From NCBI GenBank assembly GCA_051294375.1, contig CM119268.1, positions 13,961,037 through 14,025,036 on the forward strand: a stretch of 64,000 bases of DNA, read 5' to 3'. Both the position numbers and the translations under genes were made by a program. Positions within the stretch are counted from its first letter, which is position 1; every line of letters starts with the position of its first letter. Below are positions 14,409 through 27,354 of this stretch, in pieces. The notes beneath the pieces were generated by a model that searched no databases, was not told where the DNA came from, and worked only from the letters and a program-made list of their open reading frames with translations. This stretch comes from Paraspadella gotoi (lineage: Eukaryota > Animalia > Chaetognatha).

Positions 14409-15144
14409 ACGAAAACTTCAGTGTTGAGATGATTTCTCACGCAGGTAGTCAAAAGCTTGTCACCTGATCAGTGAACTCACAGTCACGTTAAATTCCAATC
14501 CGATTCAAGATTCTCGATCTTCGATCTTCTCAGCTGTTCCCGCCTTTGCCGACGCGCTCTTCCAGGATAGCCGTCTCCCTCAAGACGCCTCAGCCACGAG
14601 CGCGCCCCGCCCTTCGCGCGCCTCCGACGGTTTAATGCGTCGTCGCGCGAATCGCATTCGTCTCTTTCGTGTCCGCGGGAAACTTCGAATTAAACGCTAA
14701 TGGATTTCGTTTTACTTTCTTTTTTTTTATTCGAGACGTTCGAAGTAGGATTAATGATTGTTTGTAGTTACGAAGGAAGGAGGAGGAGAAGGAGGAGGAG
14801 GAGGAAAATAAAAAGGAGGAAAGAAAACGAAAGGAGGTGGATTTAATTCGAAAAGGAAGAACGGAGAAGAAAAAAAAGGAAAAAGGAAAGATGCGGAAGG
14901 GAGAAAAAAAAAAGACGAAGGAGAAAGCATCTCAGCCGCTGAGATAAACTTTACTGCTTTCCTCGAATTTCAAATCCGATTTTCTCAAGACTTTACACGA
15001 CGAGTTTGTCAAGCTATTAACCATTCAACTAGTAAGCAATAGTTGAGATTCTCACTCTTAAAGTTAAACTCAAACTCGAAAAGTTTATAAATTGTAATAA
15101 AAAAATCTTAAAAGCATAAAGATCGAGCCGCTTTCGATAGGTAA

Positions 15145-15370
15145 ACAGAAATATTGATTGCGATGATAACCAAATATTGATGGCGATGAGATAACCAAAT
15201 ATTGACGCGATGATACCAATAATTGATGCGATGATAACAAAAATGACTGATGTGATTTAATCAAATGATTGATATGCGATCGATAATAGTCATTCATTGA
15301 TATGATGATAGATCATACATTGATATCGATGATAGTCATCTCATTTTGATGCGATGATAGTGATTCATTG
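15145..15370. repeat. Degenerate tandem repeat of about 20-25 bp (gcgatgataaccaaatattgat-like)
   Basis: Recurrent gcgatgata...ttgat units with progressive decay. Confidence 0.7.
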
Positions 15371-15437
15371 GAACGGCGCAATGAATCAGTTAAGTAATAC
15401 AAAAACAAACAAATGCGTGTATGAGTGAAGAGAGAGA

Positions 15438-15487
<50 letters not shown>

Positions 15488-15489
15488 GA

Positions 15490-15703
15490 GAGAGAGAGGC
15501 TGGACAGTTTTCCCGCCCAACAAAACGCATTATTCACGCTCTCGTCTCGTTTATAATAAGAATAATCAAGAATTTTTAGAAAAAAAAATCCTCGAAAATC
15601 TCGGATGTAAATTTGTGATTTTGTATTGAGAAAAAAGCGCGGAATAAATGGCGATAAAAAAGGTTTTTAGAAGGAAAAAAAAGAGAGAGAGAAGAGAAGA
15701 GAG

Positions 15704-15781
<78 letters not shown>

Positions 15782-16160
15782 AGAGTGAGAAAGAGAGAGA
15801 GAGGAGAGAGAGTTTTTCCCACCAACGAGACGCATTATGCAGCTCCTAACTCTCGTTTATAATCGGTTATTCCGTTGGCCTCGCAACGGCGGTCGTGAAA
15901 TTCGGGTCTATGTTGATTTTTTTTTTATACACGTAACAGCGTTATTAGGTCATGTTCCTCGACATTGTTTACTTGTTGCTCGGTCCCGCAACGACCACGA
16001 AATCTAGGTTAAGTAAGTTATTGTATTTTGGGATTTTTTGTATTGGGATAAAATAATAAATGGCGATAAAAAAGTTTTTAGAAAGGAAAAAAAATCCACG
16101 AAAAATCTCGGGAATAAATGGCGATAATAAAGTTTTTAAAGGAAAAAAAAAGAGAGAGAA

Positions 16161-16215
<55 letters not shown>

Positions 16216-16666
16216 TGAGAAAAAAGATTGTTCTTTTTTTAGAAGAAACCAGACCCGAGGTAAAATTTAATATTTGCATATTTAATTAATTTATAAATAG
16301 TTATCACAAGCTCAAATAATTATTATGTAAAAAAAAGTTAAAAATGATTAAATATATAACACTAAAAATATTTATAAATTTAATATAGTACAAATTAATC
16401 AAGAATAACAAAAAAAGTAATGTTTAATTTGACTATATCTCTCTTATCAACTCTATCTATTTAGATATAATTTGCCAATAGTGTGGGCCAACACCGGTCC
16501 AAGTTGCAATAATAATAAAAACAATTTTTTTTTTTTTTATAATGTGATGCATGCAATTATATTATCGGCGAAAGTGCTGCAATATAAATAGGTCACATTA
16601 GTCTGATTATATATGTGATATGCATATTATTATAAGTTATTCTTCATTTTTTTTAAAAAAATAATA

Positions 16667-16732
<66 letters not shown>

Positions 16733-16870
16733 AAAAGAGAAAAACGAAATTTCTTTCCAATTATATCTCAGATATAAATTTTGGGATTTTGTATTAGAAA
16801 AAAAGCGCGGATAGGCGATAATAAAGTTTTGAGAAGAAAAAAATAATCAGAATTTTTCAAAAAACGAACG
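15490..16870. repeat. Cluster of dispersed modules adjacent to (AG)n tracts
   Basis: gattttgtatt..aaaagcgcgga..ggcgata..aaagtttt recurs at about 15615, 16030, 16110 and 16785; gttttccc..caa..acgcatta..tctcgtttataat recurs at about 15505 and 15810. Confidence 0.75.
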
Positions 16871-17429
16871 ATCGTACAGAGTGAAGAGAACAAGAAAGAC
16901 AGAAAGAGAGAGAAGGAGGACAGAAAGAGAAAAGAGGAGAACAAAGACAGAAAGAAAGAGAAAGCTGGAACCCAGTGAACAGTCATGCCAGAACCTGAAC
17001 TCGTTTTTAAGGGTTCAGAAAAAGCAGCAGTCAACTGACAAATATAGGAAAGAAAATCTATATATAATTTAAAGAAAATAAACAGAAAGGCAAAAATATG
17101 TACATTTTTATTAAAATTTAAACAAATTTTTTTTGAATTTCATCTTCAAATCTATTAAAAGCTGCAATATGTAAATTAAATTAAAGCATTTCTATAATAC
17201 AATTTGGATTTATTAAAAATACGAGAAGTACTGATTAATCTCATATTGTATGACAGGCTAAACATAAATGAAGTGGTAGAATTCCAAATAGAACAAAAAA
17301 TACTTAAATCCAAAATGTAATATGAAAATTCAACTCAACAGCTAATTTCAAGAATCGAAAAAGACCAAATATCTAAAATTTTTAACTTACTATGATCGCA
17401 CAACATTTTGTAAAACTTAATCATAATTC

Positions 17430-17580
17430 ATAATAAATTTTTATTATTAAAAAAACGGTAAGTCACAGCCAAACCACCTATAAAAAGCGTAGTAGTTTTT
17501 ATATATGAAAACAGCGTGACGGACGAAACGAACGCGACGACGACGACGACGACGACGAACGACGACGACGACGAACCGAC

Positions 17581-17616
<36 letters not shown>

Positions 17617-18015
17617 CGAAACGTCGACCGCACGCGACGCGGACGACGGAAACGACGACGACCGAACGCATCGACCAGCAGACAGACAGACGAACGACGA
17701 CGGGACGGACACGACAGACGAGACGACGACGACAGGGACGAGACGGACGGAACGGACGACGACGTGAGACGCACGACGACGACGCACGACACGGCACGAC
17801 GAAACGACGACGACGACGACGACGACGAACGACCACAGACGACGACGACGACGACCGACCTCGACGACAGAACTGGACGCACACGACGACGACACGAACG
17901 GAACGACGCAGAGACGACGACGGAACGACGACGTCACCAACATAGAAGCAACCCTAAAACATTGATATGAGAGCCTCAGTACGACCCGGCTTCGCCGGTC
18001 AAGGCTCGATAAAAA
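17430..18015 (+). mobile_element. Helentron/HINE (DINE-1-like) non-autonomous element with expanded GAC/GACG microsatellite; 5' end approximate
   Basis: About 420 bp cryptic (GAC)n/(GACG)n tract at 17518-17935, then hairpin gagcct-gacccggc-ttc-gccggtc-aggctc (17971-18007) and an A-run. Family assignment is by architecture only. Confidence 0.5.
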
Positions 18016-18893
18016 CAAAAATAGTTGGTTTTAAATGAATCTCGAAACATCAGTTTTCTTAAGTTTGTCGTCCTCACCAACGTTGTTTGCCGACAACAAC
18101 AACGACACCCCAATGTCAACCCCCCCCNNNNNNNNNNNNNNNNNNNNNNNNNNNNNNNNNNNNNNNNNNNNNNNNNNNNNNNNNNNNNNNNNNNNNNNNN
18201 NNNNNNNNNNNNNNNNNNNNNNNNNNNNNNNNNNNNNNNNNNNNNNNNNNNNNNNNNNNNNNNNNNNNNNNNNNNNNNNNNNNNNNNNNNNNNNNNNNNN
18301 NNNNNNTTCTTATCTTCTCTTCTCTTCATCCCATCCTTTTCCTTTCTTTCTTTTCATTTTCCTTCCTTGTCTTTCCTTCCAGTTTCTTTCCTTTTATTTC
18401 TTCTCCCTTTCCATTCTTTCTTCCCTCCTTCACTCATCTCATTTTTCAGTTATATTCAGTTTTATTTTCCTTTCACCTTCTTAGCTCCCCCCATTTCTTT
18501 TCTTTTATACTTTTATCTCTTTTTCCACTTTTTCCTTCATTTTCTTTCTCCTTTCTGTCTTCCTCCTTCTGTCTTTCCAAATTGCCCCCCCCCCACCCAT
18601 CCACCGCCCAGCCGTAACATCTCCTATTCCTCCCGCTTATGTTCTTTTTCTTACTTATTTTTTCCCTCTTCTCCTTCCTTTTTTTTCCCTTTCTTTTCAC
18701 ATCGAGACGGCGCGAGTCCCTTTTTTTCTTCCTTTTTCCTTCCTCCTCTTTTTTTCTGCGAAGACGAAAACATTTTTCACTCTGCCTGCGGATGGAACTG
18801 TTTTCGACGTCGTCGTTTTCGAGCAGAAAACTTATCCTGCCTTCCTCCTTCGTTCTCGATTAAGAGGCGCTGTCGCGTCCGTCCCTGACATCT

Positions 18894-18961
<68 letters not shown>

Positions 18962-19619
18962 TCTCCCTCCTTCGTTCCTTTTCCCTTCATCGTCCACGAA
19001 ATCTCCCTCTCCATTTTTATTTCGAGAAAAAAACAATTTCCATCCGCGCGATGGCACCGGCCACGCCCATAAGTGCCGACTTACCTCGACCCCTCTTTCT
19101 CGACTCCAACAATTACCCCTCGAAAGCTACTCCCTTCGGAGGAGACTTACCTCTTTCCTTACTCCCCGGATTCCCTGCTTAAAGAGACGCCCTTCAGACT
19201 TCAGATGCGTTTTCTTTACCTTTCTTCCCTCTCTGCCTCGAAGAATCGTCAACTCGTTCTGCTTCTTCGACTCTTTGCGACTCTTTCTATGTTTTCCTTT
19301 CTTTCCATCAAAAGCGTCCAACTTTATCCCATTCCTTCAAAACATTTTTTTACCTGCTCTCTTTTTCACCTACTTTTGGCATTCCCTAATTCTCCACTTC
19401 TCCCACCATCCCGTTCTCCCACCACCCGGTTCTCCCACCACCCGGTTCTCCCACCCTTCGAAAGAACAACCTCCCGCAGATATCTCGATTCACGTTGCAG
19501 ACGGTGAAAAAAAAAGGAGTCCGAAGAAAAAAGCCTGTAGTGTGAAAGATAGAAGAGCAAAGTCAAAAAATAAAAGAGAAAGAAAGAACAGAAAATAAAA
19601 GGAAAAAAAATGAAAAAAT

Positions 19620-19716
19620 AAAAGAAAAGAAAAGAAAAGAAAAGAAAAAAAGAAAAGAAAAGAAAAGAAAAGAAAAGAAAAGAAAAGAAAAGAAAAGAAA
19701 AGAAAAGAAAAGAAAA

Positions 19717-19767
<51 letters not shown>

Positions 19768-19909
19768 AAATAAATAAAAATAAATAAAAATAAATAAAAA
19801 TAAATAAAAATAAATAAAAATAAATAAAAAATAAATAAAAAATAAATAAAAAAAATAATTAAAAAATAAATAAATTTTAAAAAAATATAAAAAATAAATA
19901 AATAAAAAA

Positions 19910-19956
<47 letters not shown>

Positions 19957-19966
19957 ATGAATAAAT
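19620..19966. repeat. Compound (AAAAG)n-(AAAT)n microsatellite
   Basis: Direct reading. Confidence 0.95.
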
Positions 19967-21379
19967 ACTGCAATAAAGAAAATAAAAAAAAGATCTGAAC
20001 AAAGAAACGAAGCAGAAAAACGTCAGAAGAAAAGTTTCCTGTTTTCGTTTTCATTCCCATCAACAGACGATGCATCTCATGAAGAATTAAACATCTGGGA
20101 AGAAAGATTTCAAGTTTCTTTTACCTAAATAATCGATTAAATATTAATGAAATAAATGTTAAAAAACGTAAGTGCCGCATAGTAAAGCTGCCTCGACAAT
20201 AAATAAAAAAAAATAATCGACGGGTTTGAGAAATTGCATGATAAAGATACTACGTTATCAGAACTGACAAACACGTCGCATTGGCCACAACAACGACGAC
20301 GATGACGACAAACTCGACGTCCTCAAAAATCATACGGAAAGAACTCGAGAAATGAAGTCACGTAGAACTAGGCGAACTTTTTCTCGAAATGATAGGAAAA
20401 AAAAGTATCTTGAAGGAGGTCGTTGGCAGTGGAATTATAAAATAAGAGCTGTTTACATATATGGTGACAACTGACAAGTTTTGTAGGCACTAATCTGATA
20501 AAATTAACAAGAATACAATTATTTTTCTCTCAATAATGACGTAAAAGCATGAAACACAATTAAAAGAGCAAAAAAAAAAGGCTGATCGAGGGGAAAAAAT
20601 GGAAAGCAGCAACGACGACGACGACGATGACGACGACGACGACGCCAACTGCGGCAATAAACCGTAGAGCGAGAAGAACAAAGAATTTAAAGACAAAGAC
20701 TCTGAGAACAAAGAAAGAACAAAGACGAAAGTTGGCCGCGTCGACGCTGAAACCGCCACGCCCACTAAAGCAGAAAATTCTTTGAAAACTTGGTACTGAG
20801 ACGCAAACGAAATCCAATTTGAGAGACGCGAAAGTTTTTCTCGATGTTAATCGATAATGAATTTTTTTTGAGAATCGAAGAGATGATTAAATTTAATTAT
20901 CTTTATTAACTTTATCAACTTTGATTCGGAGCTCCATTTCCCATTCATTTTTAAAAAATAATCCTATTTCAAATCGATAAGTCGACAAGTTGATAAAAAT
21001 TAGCATCGAAATGAGCAGAGATGTCTCCAGTCTCCACCCTTCCTCCTGCTCCCTTCCCCCAATCCCCCAATCCCCCAATCTTCGTCTTAAACCCTCTTCT
21101 CGAATTTCTCCAACCTTTTCTCTTCTCCTTTTTCCTTCGCAAAAAGAAAAAAAAAAAGAAATCTTTCCTCATATTTGATATCGAAAAGGAAAAAAAAAAA
21201 GAAAATTCTTCTCGTTATATTTCCTCTTTTTTCTTTCGTTCGACTCGAAACGCTCTTCGTCTCGTCGCTCGCTTGTCTTCTTACGTCTTTGTTCTCTCCT
21301 CGATATTTCTCTCTTCCGTTGCCTGCTTTCTGTCTTTCTTTCTGGCTTTCGGTCTTTCTCTTCCCACCTCAACCCAATT

Positions 21380-21462
<83 letters not shown>

Positions 21463-22319
21463 CTCTTTATTTGTCTCTTCTCATCTCAATTCTCCAATCT
21501 AATTCTTCTATCCTGTAATGGAGGACCTAAACTCATAAACTCATCAGTAATTCTCCGACTCTGCGATATCATCTTCATCATCAGCCTCATCTCCCTGTAA
21601 ACACTAAGACGATTCTGCCCTCGCATTAAAAGGCGTTCCACTTTCAACTGCCCCTTTGGGTCCATCCGTCGTTCCGCGCTTCCTTTCTTCCCCGTGTCCA
21701 ATCCATCCATCCATCCCCACCTCAATCCCCCGCCCACCCGCCACCCTCTCCCGCTCCCTTTCGCCCATAAACGCCCAAGCGCGGATCGAGTCGCCGGCGA
21801 AATGGGAAAAAAAGGAAAATGGGCAGTTTTATGTTTCCTTCGTCTTAAGTCGGTTAATTGCGTTATCCTTATATCCTTCCTGTCTTATCTCTATCTTATG
21901 TCGCGCCCCTCCGAGCGAAGTGTTCAGATTCGTCTGAGCACGATTGTATCTTCGGTCAACTCTCATCTAGTCTTCTTCGTTATTAGTACGTATATAAGTA
22001 GTGTCACTGATGTTCCTCGCCTATTGGTCAGCAATCTTCTGTCCCTCTATCAAGTGGACACTGTCCGGCTTCGTACTTCTTCACTCACTTCCCTATATCC
22101 AGACACTGTATCCTTTTTCTCCGATTTAATCCCGACCGCTCTAACCAAACCCCTTCAATTATATCTCTTCTCTTCATTACGTCTCAACGCCTTTTCTTTC
22201 CTCATCCCTCTTGTCAGCCCAAGAATGTTCCAGCTCTTGGAAGAAAGTTATATATTTCCTTATTCCTTTTTTTCCCCTTTTTTTCCTTTTTCTTTCCCGC
22301 GAATTCGAGTCCTGTTTTT

Positions 22320-22412
22320 CCCTTTCCCTCCCTTATTTCCTTTCCCTCCCTTATTTCCTTTTCCTCCCTTATTTCTTTTCCCTCCCTTATTTCCTTTTCC
22401 TCTCTTATTCCC
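22320..22412. repeat. Minisatellite, 18-bp unit (cctcccttatttcctttc), about 5 copies
   Basis: Direct tandem units visible; produces the FPPLFP repeats in ORF 21694..22533. Confidence 0.9.
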
Positions 22413-23067
22413 TTCATTGCTATTCTCGCCAGAAGAGAATCTTCAAGTCCAGCGCTTCGAAGTAGAGAAGATCAAATCTCTCGCGAGTAGACAGACAGAC
22501 GGACCGACTCAAGGATTTTTATTTGGACAGTGACCACCTTAAAAAGTTGACTCTACCCTCACCAAATTTCAACAAAAACAACTTTACACTTCTAGACTGC
22601 GAACCCCCCCGACAAACTCAACACTCCTCAGACCCTCCACGCCACACAACGCCGGAACCCCGCCGAGGCCAAAGCGGCGCCGCTGCGTCGTCGGTAAACA
22701 AATTGGCGGCAGCGCGGCGCGTCTCTGCGCTACGCTGCGTTCCATCTCGTTCGCTGCCGCTTTTACTGTAAAATCGAATTATTGACTGGAAATTGCGTTT
22801 CTTTCTCGGAGAGGAACGTGACGGAAGGGCTTTCCACGGAGGTTTCCTACCCAATTCTATCACAACTCACCTTCCTCAATACTCCCCTCACGTCACAAGT
22901 ACGAAGCGACCTCTTCACAAGACCCTCTCAACCCCTCCCACCCCCCCCTGTGGCTCCTCGAACGTCATTACGGAGAAATTGACCATCACGGACCTCGAAG
23001 GATGATTATTCTTTTTCTGCGCCAGACCGGCGCCGCCGGAGGGGGGAGGATTCTCTCTCTTCTCTCT

Positions 23068-23160
<93 letters not shown>

Positions 23161-23163
23161 TAC

Positions 23164-23676
23164 CTCATTCTCGTCGTCTTCTTCGTCGTCGTCGACGTTA
23201 ATTTGCGTCGGGCTCATTTCGAGTGGGGAGAAGGCGGCGAGAGAGGAAGTTCGGCGCAGGAGGCTGCACATGCTCTGCTGCTGCGGCTGCTGTGATTGTT
23301 GATGCGGAAGTTGATGTTGTTGTTGTTGTTGTTGCTGGGGCAAAAGTTGCTGTTCGGGCAAAGTACCATTTTGATATTGTTGTTCGAGTATCGTCTGTTG
23401 CTGTGGATGATTAGGTTGTAGTTGACGTTGCTGCATATGCTGCAGATAATGCGGACGTTGCTGAAACGGCGAGTCGCTCGACCTTCGAAAGGATTCCGAA
23501 GTTAAGCCTCCATCGACGTTCGAAACCTCATTGACGCAATTTTGACCGACGTTATTTTCGAGGACGACGTCACTTTGGCTGACGTTATTTCCGACGACGT
23601 TATTTTCGTCGATGACGTTATTTTCGACGACGTTATTTCCTCCTTCGTCGCCGTGTCGCTCTCTTTCGAACATCAT
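23164..23676 (-). CDS. Candidate coding exon of unidentified gene (Asn/Val-repeat, Gln-rich, acidic low-complexity protein)
   Basis: 171 open codons, aaaATG context, mixed CAA/CAG polyQ, and a GAG|gtaag donor right before the (AG)n tract. No recognisable domain. Confidence 0.45.
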
Positions 23677-24087
23677 TTTATTTCTTTCTTTTCTTTTTTC
23701 TTTCCTTTTTTTTTCTCGTTAATCGCTTGTCCGCCAGAGTCCGCAGTCTCCGTCGCCGCTGCGAAGTCGCGTCATGAGACACCGGGACTTGGCGGCGTCA
23801 TTGTCCGGCGGCGGCGTTGGCGGCGACGTTGGCGGCGCGCTCATCAACGCCGAAACGCGTCGCGGTCATGTCCGAGTTCGCGAATGAGGCGATTGGCGTC
23901 GCTGATTGAGTTTACTGAATTACAAAATGGAATATATTAATGAATATTCGTTTATTAATTTTGAATAAATGATTTGGGAATTCAGATGATGAATTCTATC
24001 ATGAAGAAGGTGATAATTTAAAGAAGCAGAAAAGAAGAGGAAATTAAAAGAAATGATAAAGCTGACAATGAGTTGAGTTGGGATTTT

Positions 24088-24307
24088 TAAGACGAAACGA
24101 AGGCGAAGACGAAAGCAAGGACGAAAGCGATGGCGATGGCGAAGGCGAAGACGAAGGCGAAGACGAAGGCGAAGGCGAAGACGAAGACGAAGACGAAGAC
24201 GAAGAAGAAGGCGAAGGCGAAGGCGAAGACGAAGACGAAACGAAGGCGAAGACGAAGACGAAACGAAGGCGAAGGCGAATGCGAAGACGAAGACGAAGAC
24301 GAAGACG
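24088..24307. repeat. (GAAGAC/GAAGGC)n hexanucleotide microsatellite
   Basis: Direct reading; explains the ED/RR/KT-repeat ORFs. Confidence 0.92.
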
Positions 24308-24467
24308 GGAGAAGGAAAGAGATAATGAGACGGAAATAGGAAATGAGAAATTAAAGGAATGTTTTTGCAGTGGAAAAAAGAGGGGAAGCCAAGAAAGCAG
24401 GAGTGTAGGGGGAGAGAGAGAGAGAAGAGAGAGAAGAGGAGAGAAGAGAGAAGGGAGAGAGAGAGAG

Positions 24468-24501
<34 letters not shown>

Positions 24502-27354
24502 AGAGAGATGAGAAGAGAGAACAGACAGACAAGACTGACAGATGAACAGCCAGATAGAGAGACAGAGCAGACAGACGGACAGCAAAAGGCAGACGAGAAA
24601 CAAATGAAACAGAGAAGGTACAAATGATATAAAAATTTTAAAGAGATGTAAATGTACTTAACGACTTAGAACTACCATTATACATTAAAATTACTTCGCA
24701 AGAAAATGATGAGAGAAAAAAAAAGCAATTTAAGGACGGGGGGCGAGTAGGGGGGCGGTTTGATTAGTAGCGTCGTTTTGCCAGAAATGAAACGAGTATA
24801 AAACGAACTCATTTCACTTTGGCAAAACGTGGAAAGGAAAAGCGGCTAACGAGAAGACGGAACTTCATTAAGCCAAACTATAAATTTTGTCAGCAAATTT
24901 TTCGTCTTCAATATGAAATTTGTGCTATTAATTTTATACATATAATTTCTACTAAAATAACAAACAAATTTCTCCTTTTCTCTTTTATTAAGCAAAGCAA
25001 TGCTGTCATACGTATGTATTATGTAACGTTAAAATTTACAATATAATTCAACTTTCTACTGAATGCCTCCACTTGTACTCGCAGGTGCCAACGACAACGA
25101 CATAAAAAAAAAACCACGCTTATTCATTAGTTTTAAAAATGAATTTAATTTTTATTTTCAACGAGGCTTCCGGTTTCAATATTTTATGCGCGCCAGAGTT
25201 CAGATGAAAAAGTTGATTTCATTCGCGCGGCTTGTTGAAAACCGCATTAAAACGAGGGGGGGTGGGAAAGTGAGGTGGAGAAACGATATATGAAATCAAA
25301 ACCGCTAACCTGGTTTTGCTTGTTTGTTTTTTTTTTTATAATAAATCATATCCATAAACCAAAGCAATCAATTAGTATGAAGAAAACAATTAATATCGAC
25401 AAGGAAATTTAATCAATTTTATCAATTTAGTACCAAGAAACGTACCAATAACGTGTTAGTCGATTTCTTTGCTCGTATACAAGATGTCGCGTTTTTATTA
25501 CTTTTTGATTATCATAAATATTTTTTTATGAAATACAAACAATATTTTGCTGCCTGCGGATATATTTTTTTTAAATTATCGATTAATTACGAAGTCGCAA
25601 GAGAATATGAGGATATGGAACTCTTATCGTCGACATCCACCGTTTCCGGTTTATTTTTGTCGTTTCCCTTTTGTCCATTCATTCCCCCATTCTCTCTTTT
25701 ATCTCGCGCTCAGCGTTTGTTTAAACATTCGTATTTCCCGCTTCACTCATTTATCTGTTAATTGTTCATTGTTCCCCGGGGTATTAGGCGGAATAACTAA
25801 TGAGAGATTCGTTTTTATTAAAAAAAAAAAGAATTGCTCTTTATTATTAATCTTTGATTTATTGTTCAACTACTTGGTTTGCTATTTTATTATTTCATAC
25901 ATCTTTGTTAAACATTTTCTTATCCTATATTTTTCCTAATCATTCGTAAATTCATTCGTCTATTAATTCATCCATTCATTCGTGGATTATTCCTACCACG
26001 CCACCGTAAATCAACCCGTTCGACCGCGGCGACCGGGCGAGTCGGGCTACACATCGCCATCTACTCGGTTCCACCTCAACTCATTTTCCGGTCGACAACA
26101 TTTAATATTCATCGACCTCTCGAGTCGCCTGCCCGTTCACTTCGTCGCCGGTGTTCGTCGTTGTTCGTCGTCGTTCGTCGTTGTTCGTCGTTATTTTGTC
26201 CTTTCTAAGTATTTATCGAGGTTTCGTTTCATTGTTTTTCTTGGCTTTTCTGTTTTGTGTTATCATTGCTATCGGAAGAATTTTTCATCTTTTTTCTCCT
26301 CGTCCACGGTCGATGCCAAAGTCAATTATTATTATTTTTCTTTTTTTATACAATTACAAAAAATGTATAATCTTTGTCGACTTTAGCCATTGGTGCTCAT
26401 TTAAGATGATTTAATAATTTTTACGTTTGTTTTCTTATTTCACTAAAAACGGTTTCCAATCTTCATCATGTGGCTCATACTATTTCTACGTTGATGTACA
26501 ATTGTACAATTGTACAATGTACATCCTTTCTAATTCCGATGATTCGTCTTCGTCTTCGTTCGTCGTTTGTCTTTGCCGTCAATCGTCGTTTGTCGTCGTT
26601 TTCGTCGTCGTCGTCGTCGTCTTCGTTGGTTCGCCTTGGATTTTCTCTGTTTACTTATCCAGTGACATGTTCCTTGTGCGTGCTGGCATCCATTCCCAGC
26701 GGCGGTNNNNNNNNNNNNNNNNNNNNNNNNNNNNNNNNNNNNNNNNNNNNNNNNNNNNNNNNNNNNNGAGAGAAGAGAGACGAAGAGAGAGAGACGAAGG
26801 AGAGAAGAGAGAGAGAGGAGAAGAGACGTAAAAGCAAAGAGATAGAAGAGTATAGAGATAAAGCTAGAGAGAGAGAGACGAGAGCGAGACGAGACGAGGA
26901 GGAAGAGAGGAGAGGAAAAGAGAGATGAGAGGAGACAAGAAGAGAGAGAGAGGAGAGACGAGAGAATAACGAATAGTGCATGCATAAGATGAGAAATGCC
27001 TAGGCTTTAGATGCAATAGATAATTCAAAGGCAAAAAACGAAAAATATACAAAGAGAGAAAGAGAGAGAGAGAGCAGATGAGTGGAAAAAAGTGATCGAC
27101 AGAAACACTTTTTCGTCCGGTTCAAAGCCGCGAACTTCGTCTTCGGCCAGACAAATCCTCTTCCTCGTTTTTTTCGTCCGTCTGAGATCTTAATCTCCGG
27201 ATTAACGCGAGTTTGGGTTTTTCTTTTCTGGTTTTTTTTTCTTCCTTTTGTTTCTCTCGAGTGCTACAGTCAGTCAGTCCGTCCGTCTCCAACGTCTTTT
27301 ACCTCTGTCCGTGCCGAAATTTGCTCGGGTTTTCTCGAATCACTAGTACTGCGA

